Shown here: piece after piece, positions 60,174 to 64,000 of the stretch
Layout: each line of letters starts with the position of its first letter
Position numbering within the stretch: the first letter of the stretch is position 1
Source of the DNA: Acidobacteriota bacterium
GTDB taxonomy: Bacteria; Acidobacteriota; CAIWXX01
Assembly: GCA_040755995.1 (NCBI GenBank)
Contig: JBFMAF010000049.1
Location: 64,001-128,000, forward strand
Direction of reading: 5' to 3'
Length of the DNA stretch: 64,000 nucleotides
Position numbers and translations under genes: made by a program
Notes under the pieces: model-generated
The model's input: only the letters and a program-made list of their open reading frames with translations
Database searches by the model: none
What the model was told of the DNA's origin: nothing

Positions 60174-60764
60174 CTAGTTCTTCTTCGGCTCGGGCGCGGG
60201 CGGCGGCGTGGGCTGCTCCGGCCTGGCCTCATTCTTCTGCTTGTCCTTCGCCTCCGGAGCCGGCTGCTCAGTTGTGGCCGTCTCGTCCTTCTTGCCTTCC
60301 TTGGCCGCCGGCGCCTTCTCTGGCTTCGGCGTCTCTTCCTTCAAGAACCGCTTTCCTGCCTCTGCCCAGAACACCGTCGCCTGCTCCTTGCTCAGGTTCT
60401 TGGAGAAATCCAGGTAGAACTGAACCGCCGCGGACACCTCCGTCAGTTCAGCCGCCATGATCTCCTTCACCTTTGCATCGATTGCGGCCGCATCGGTCTT
60501 CTCGGCCTTCATCAGCTCCACGAGCTCTTTCTGCTTGGTAGCCGTCTGGGCTATGAGGTCCTTGACCTTGCCCTGATAGACGTCCTTCAATGACCTGTAC
60601 TTGTTCACCTGCTCGTCAGTCAGTTTCAGCGTGTCCTTCATCTGCCTGAGGTCTTCGAGAGGGACGATCTTGGTGAACTCGACAGCGGGCTTCGCAGCGA
60701 TACAAGTGGCGACAAACGCCACGATCAACACCATGCCCAGTACTGTGCCTCTTGTGTTGCCCAT
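60174..60764 (-). CDS. Spy/CpxP-like periplasmic protein
   Basis: Signal peptide, LKLTDEQ and LSKEQ (LTxxQ-like) motifs, charged tail. Confidence 0.7.
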   Translation of the reverse strand: MGNTRGTVLGMVLIVAFVATCIAAKPAVEFTKIVPLEDLRQMKDTLKLTDEQVNKYRSLKDVYQGKVKDLIAQTATKQKELVELMKAEKTDAAAIDAKVKEIMAAELTEVSAAVQFYLDFSKNLSKEQATVFWAEAGKRFLKEETPKPEKAPAAKEGKKDETATTEQPAPEAKDKQKNEARPEQPTPPPAPEPKKN

Positions 60765-60921
60765 CTTATCCATTCCTCCATTATCAAATCGCACGTGCCG
60801 GAATCTACCACAAAGCCATCGAGTGGGCAATTTGCCGAGGCGGCTTTCGACGCCCGAGAGGCGCGCGGCTGGGTAGAGATGAGCGCAGGGCTCGTGACCG
60901 TGCAACGGCCACCTGATGCGC

Positions 60922-62001
60922 CTACGCGATCGTCACCTCGCGGCAAAGGTAGACGTCCTGGATGGCGTTCAGGATCGCGACCCCGTCTCTGAGCGGGCGC
61001 TGGAACGCCTTCCGGCCCGAGATCAGCCCCATACCTCCGGCCCGCTTGTTGATCACGGCGGTCCGCACGGCCTCGGCCAGGTCGCTCTCGCCTGCCGCGG
61101 CTCCTCCCGAGTTGATTAGGCCCGCCCTGCCTGCGTAGCAGTTCAGCACCTGGTATCGAGTCATGTCGATTGGATGATCACCACTCAGATCGGTGTAGAC
61201 TTTCTTGTGAGTCTTGCCGAAATTCAACGCGGTGTATCCGCCGTCGCACTCCGGGAGCTTCTGCTTTATGATGTCGGCTTTGAGGGTGACGCCGAGGTGG
61301 TTGGCCTGTCCGGTCAGGTCTGCCGCGACATGGTAGTCGGCCTGGGCGGTCTTGAATGCCGGGTTCCGCATGTAGCACCACAACACGGTGATCATGCCGA
61401 GCGAGTGTGCGGCCTCGAAGGCTTCAGCAGTTTCCTGGATCTGACGCGTAGACTCAGCGGAACCGAAGTATATCGTGGCGCCCAACCCGATCGCTCCCAG
61501 GTTCCACGCCTCGCGCGCCCTTCCGAAGAAAATCTGGTCGTAGCGATTGGGGTAGGAGAGGAACTCGTTGTGGTTCGCCTTCACGATAAACGGGATTCTG
61601 TGGGCGAATTTCCTGGAGCACATCGCCAGAACGCCAAATGTGGAGGCCACCGCATTGCACCCCCCTTCGATCGCGAGGCCCACGATTCCCTCCGGGTCGA
61701 AGCAGACCGGGTTGGGAGCGAAGGAAGCGCCCGCCGAGTGCTCGATGCCCTGGTCCACCGGGAGGATCGACACATAACCTGTGCCGGAAAGACGCCCGTG
61801 GTCCAGGAGGGCCTGCAGGTTGCGCAGCACCTGCGGAGATCGATCCGTCTGTACGAACACGCGGTCGACGAAGTCCGGGCCCGGCAGGCAGAGACTCTCC
61901 TTCGCCACCTTCGGCGTGTGATCGAGGAGCGTCCCGGCATCCTTGCCCACGAGTTCTCTGATCCGGTCAATTCCGAGGGCCCCGCTTGCAGGCATTGTCA
62001 T
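60922..62001 (-). CDS. fbaB: Class I fructose-bisphosphate aldolase
   Basis: [37 protein letters not shown]. Confidence 0.95.
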   Translation of the reverse strand: MTMPASGALGIDRIRELVGKDAGTLLDHTPKVAKESLCLPGPDFVDRVFVQTDRSPQVLRNLQALLDHGRLSGTGYVSILPVDQGIEHSAGASFAPNPVCFDPEGIVGLAIEGGCNAVASTFGVLAMCSRKFAHRIPFIVKANHNEFLSYPNRYDQIFFGRAREAWNLGAIGLGATIYFGSAESTRQIQETAEAFEAAHSLGMITVLWCYMRNPAFKTAQADYHVAADLTGQANHLGVTLKADIIKQKLPECDGGYTALNFGKTHKKVYTDLSGDHPIDMTRYQVLNCYAGRAGLINSGGAAAGESDLAEAVRTAVINKRAGGMGLISGRKAFQRPLRDGVAILNAIQDVYLCREVTIA

Positions 62002-62131
62002 CCTCCTGTTAGTGTAGTTTGTTCCCAGGGTGTCTCGCTTCTCCAGGATAATCCAATATAATCACGTGGATGCCGGCAGTCAAATGCCCGGTCCGGACGC
62101 GTGGGCAAATCGCCCGCGACAGGAGCGATCG

Positions 62132-62833
62132 TTGAAGCTGTTGTTGTTCGACATCGACGGGACATTGTTGGGAAGCCGCACGGGCATCGGCCGCCACGCT
62201 CTGGAAATGGCATTCCGCAAGGTGATCGGCAGGACGGTCGAGATCCCGCTGGCCCGATGCGCAGGCAGGCCGGATCCGTATATCGTGGACAAGACATTCG
62301 AGGCGGAGTCGCTGCCGGTGGATCCGCGCACCAGAGCAGATGTTCTCAGAGAGTATATCAAGATACTCGAACGCGACTACTCCATAGAGAACGGAGCCTT
62401 CGCCTACCCGGGTGTCGAGCGGCTCCTGGAGGAGCTCGGCCGCCGTGCCGATACGGTGACGGGTCTGTTAACCGGCAACGTCCGCGAAGGCGCCAGGATC
62501 AAGCTCAGCGTATTCGACCTCTGGAAGTACTTCGCAGTCGGGGCATTCGGATCGGACAGCGATGACAGGGCGGCCCTTCCCCCGATCGCGATTAAGCGCG
62601 CTCAGGACAGCACCGGGCACCGCTACGCGCCTCGCGACGTGTATGTCATCGGCGACACGATCCACGATGTGCGCGCCGGCCAGGCGCACAGTCTCGTCAC
62701 AATCGCCGTGGGCACGCATCAGGAGTGGGTCGACGAGATGATAGCCGCTCGTCCCGATCACTTCCTCAGCAGTCTCGCGGATTTCGACGGCTTCATCGCG
62801 GCCATCGACGGAGAGCGACAGCCGGCGGTGTAG
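62132..62833 (+). CDS. HAD family hydrolase
   Basis: AGGAG + TTG, LFDIDGTL, LTGN, IGDTIHD. Confidence 0.9.
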   Translation: MKLLLFDIDGTLLGSRTGIGRHALEMAFRKVIGRTVEIPLARCAGRPDPYIVDKTFEAESLPVDPRTRADVLREYIKILERDYSIENGAFAYPGVERLLEELGRRADTVTGLLTGNVREGARIKLSVFDLWKYFAVGAFGSDSDDRAALPPIAIKRAQDSTGHRYAPRDVYVIGDTIHDVRAGQAHSLVTIAVGTHQEWVDEMIAARPDHFLSSLADFDGFIAAIDGERQPAV

Positions 62834-62874
62834 CCCCGCTTCGGAGCAGGGGACACAAGTTCCAATTCGAGTGC

Positions 62875-62938
62875 GACGCGGAGACGCGGTGACCCGGCGA
62901 CGCGGTGAGAGGGCGACACGGAGAGGCGGCGACGCGGT
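62875..62938. repeat. Eight degenerate 8-bp tandem units (GACGCGGN)
   Basis: gacgcgga gacgcggt gacccggc gacgcggt gagagggc gacacgga gaggcggc gacgcggt. Confidence 0.8.
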
Positions 62939-63039
62939 GAAGAGGTGCAGCGCCCAAGGCCTGAGGCCATCCCGGCGAGCAGCATGTCACACACACCGTG
63001 CCGACAGGGTCAATCGGTTGCGGACTTGTGACGCGCCGT

Positions 63040-64000
63040 TTAGCGCCTGCCGCGCGCCTCAATCGCCTCCTGCAACGCCTGGCTCAAGTCCTCGATCTTG
63101 TACGGCTTGGCCACGACACCGCAGAATCCATGCTCGCGGAACTCCGCCATCACCGGGTCGTTGGAGTATCCGCTGGACACGATCGCGCGAACCCCAGGGT
63201 CGATCTGCCGAAGCATGGCGAGGGCTTCCTTGCCTCCGATGCCGCCCGGGACGGTAAGGTCGAGGATTACTGCATCGAACAGCTTGCCTTCCCGCACGGA
63301 TTGTTGATAGCGGTCTACCGCCTCTCGGCCGCTGGCGGCGAGCGCGATCTCGTAGCCGAGATACTCCAGCATCTCGCCGGCCGTCTCTCGAATGATCTCC
63401 TCGTCGTCCATTATCAGAATCCTGCCCTTGCCGCGCTGCAGGCGGTCCTTCTCCGATCCGGCCGGTTCCAGCATCTTCTCGGATGCCGGCAGATAGACGT
63501 AAACGGTGGTGCCGGCGCCAACCCTGGATTGGACCCTGATGTATCCATCGTGCCGGCGAACGATCGAGTAGGCGGTGGTCAGTCCCAGGCCGCTCCCTTT
63601 CTGCTTCGTTGTGAAGTACGGATCGAACACCTTCTCCAGGTATTCCTCCGGGATCCCGATCCCGCGGTCCTGGATCGAAACCATGATGTACCGGCCTGCC
63701 GGCAACGGCACCTGCGTGTTGTCGCGCAGGACCACGTTCTCCGCCTTTACCGCGATGACACCGCCCTCGGGCATTGCCTGGTCCGCGTTGATGACGAGGT
63801 TGTTGATCACCTGGCTTATCTGTCCCGGGTCGATCTCTACGGGCCACAGATCTTCCGAGACGGCGTAGTCGCAGCGCACGTTGGAACCGCTGAGCGCGAA
63901 GGAGACCGTTTCACGCAGAAGCTCGCGCATCGATGCGATCTGCTTGATCGGCGCGCCGCCCCGGGAGAACGTGAGCAGTTGTTGGGTGAGGTCCTTCGCG
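63040..64000 (-). CDS. Hybrid sensor histidine kinase/response regulator (5' partial)
   Basis: NLVINA, DRGIGI, FTTK, GSGLGL, receiver ILIMDDE...LDL...KPY. Confidence 0.92.
   Translation of the reverse strand, partial: AKDLTQQLLTFSRGGAPIKQIASMRELLRETVSFALSGSNVRCDYAVSEDLWPVEIDPGQISQVINNLVINADQAMPEGGVIAVKAENVVLRDNTQVPLPAGRYIMVSIQDRGIGIPEEYLEKVFDPYFTTKQKGSGLGLTTAYSIVRRHDGYIRVQSRVGAGTTVYVYLPASEKMLEPAGSEKDRLQRGKGRILIMDDEEIIRETAGEMLEYLGYEIALAASGREAVDRYQQSVREGKLFDAVILDLTVPGGIGGKEALAMLRQIDPGVRAIVSSGYSNDPVMAEFREHGFCGVVAKPYKIEDLSQALQEAIEARGRR

Overview
High-GC bacterial chromosome segment, probably from an Acidobacteriota-like diderm (inferred from gene order, OmpA and TPR Ser/Thr kinases). It is mostly housekeeping: romR-like/valS/nadC/birA/coaX; tRNA-Met(CAU)/tilS/hpt-like/ftsH/folP/cdaA/cdaR/glmM/pdxJ-like; fabG/yceD/rpmF/plsX/fabH/acpP/fabF/etfBA; and fbaB. 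Small accessory insertions and decayed genes are interspersed. No CRISPR array, rRNA or intact IS transposase was seen. Best leads: (1) an unannotated ~270-nt highly structured minus-strand RNA unit at 54439-54710 with its own sigma70 promoter, closing stem and intrinsic terminator; (2) an apparently exported AmmeMemoRadiSam system (Tat-signal radical SAM with an extra CxxCH, signal-bearing Memo-AMMECR1 fusion, membrane SAM-dependent transferase); (3) a RomR/PopZ-like receiver-IDR-helix scaffold next to valS; (4) full-length but catalytically eroded PdxJ and Hpt homologues; (5) an Rpn gene with an internal antitoxin start, a stand-alone flap endonuclease with a clamp-binding-like tail, and two families of short dispersed repeats. 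All calls come from reading the sequence by eye; no searches were run.
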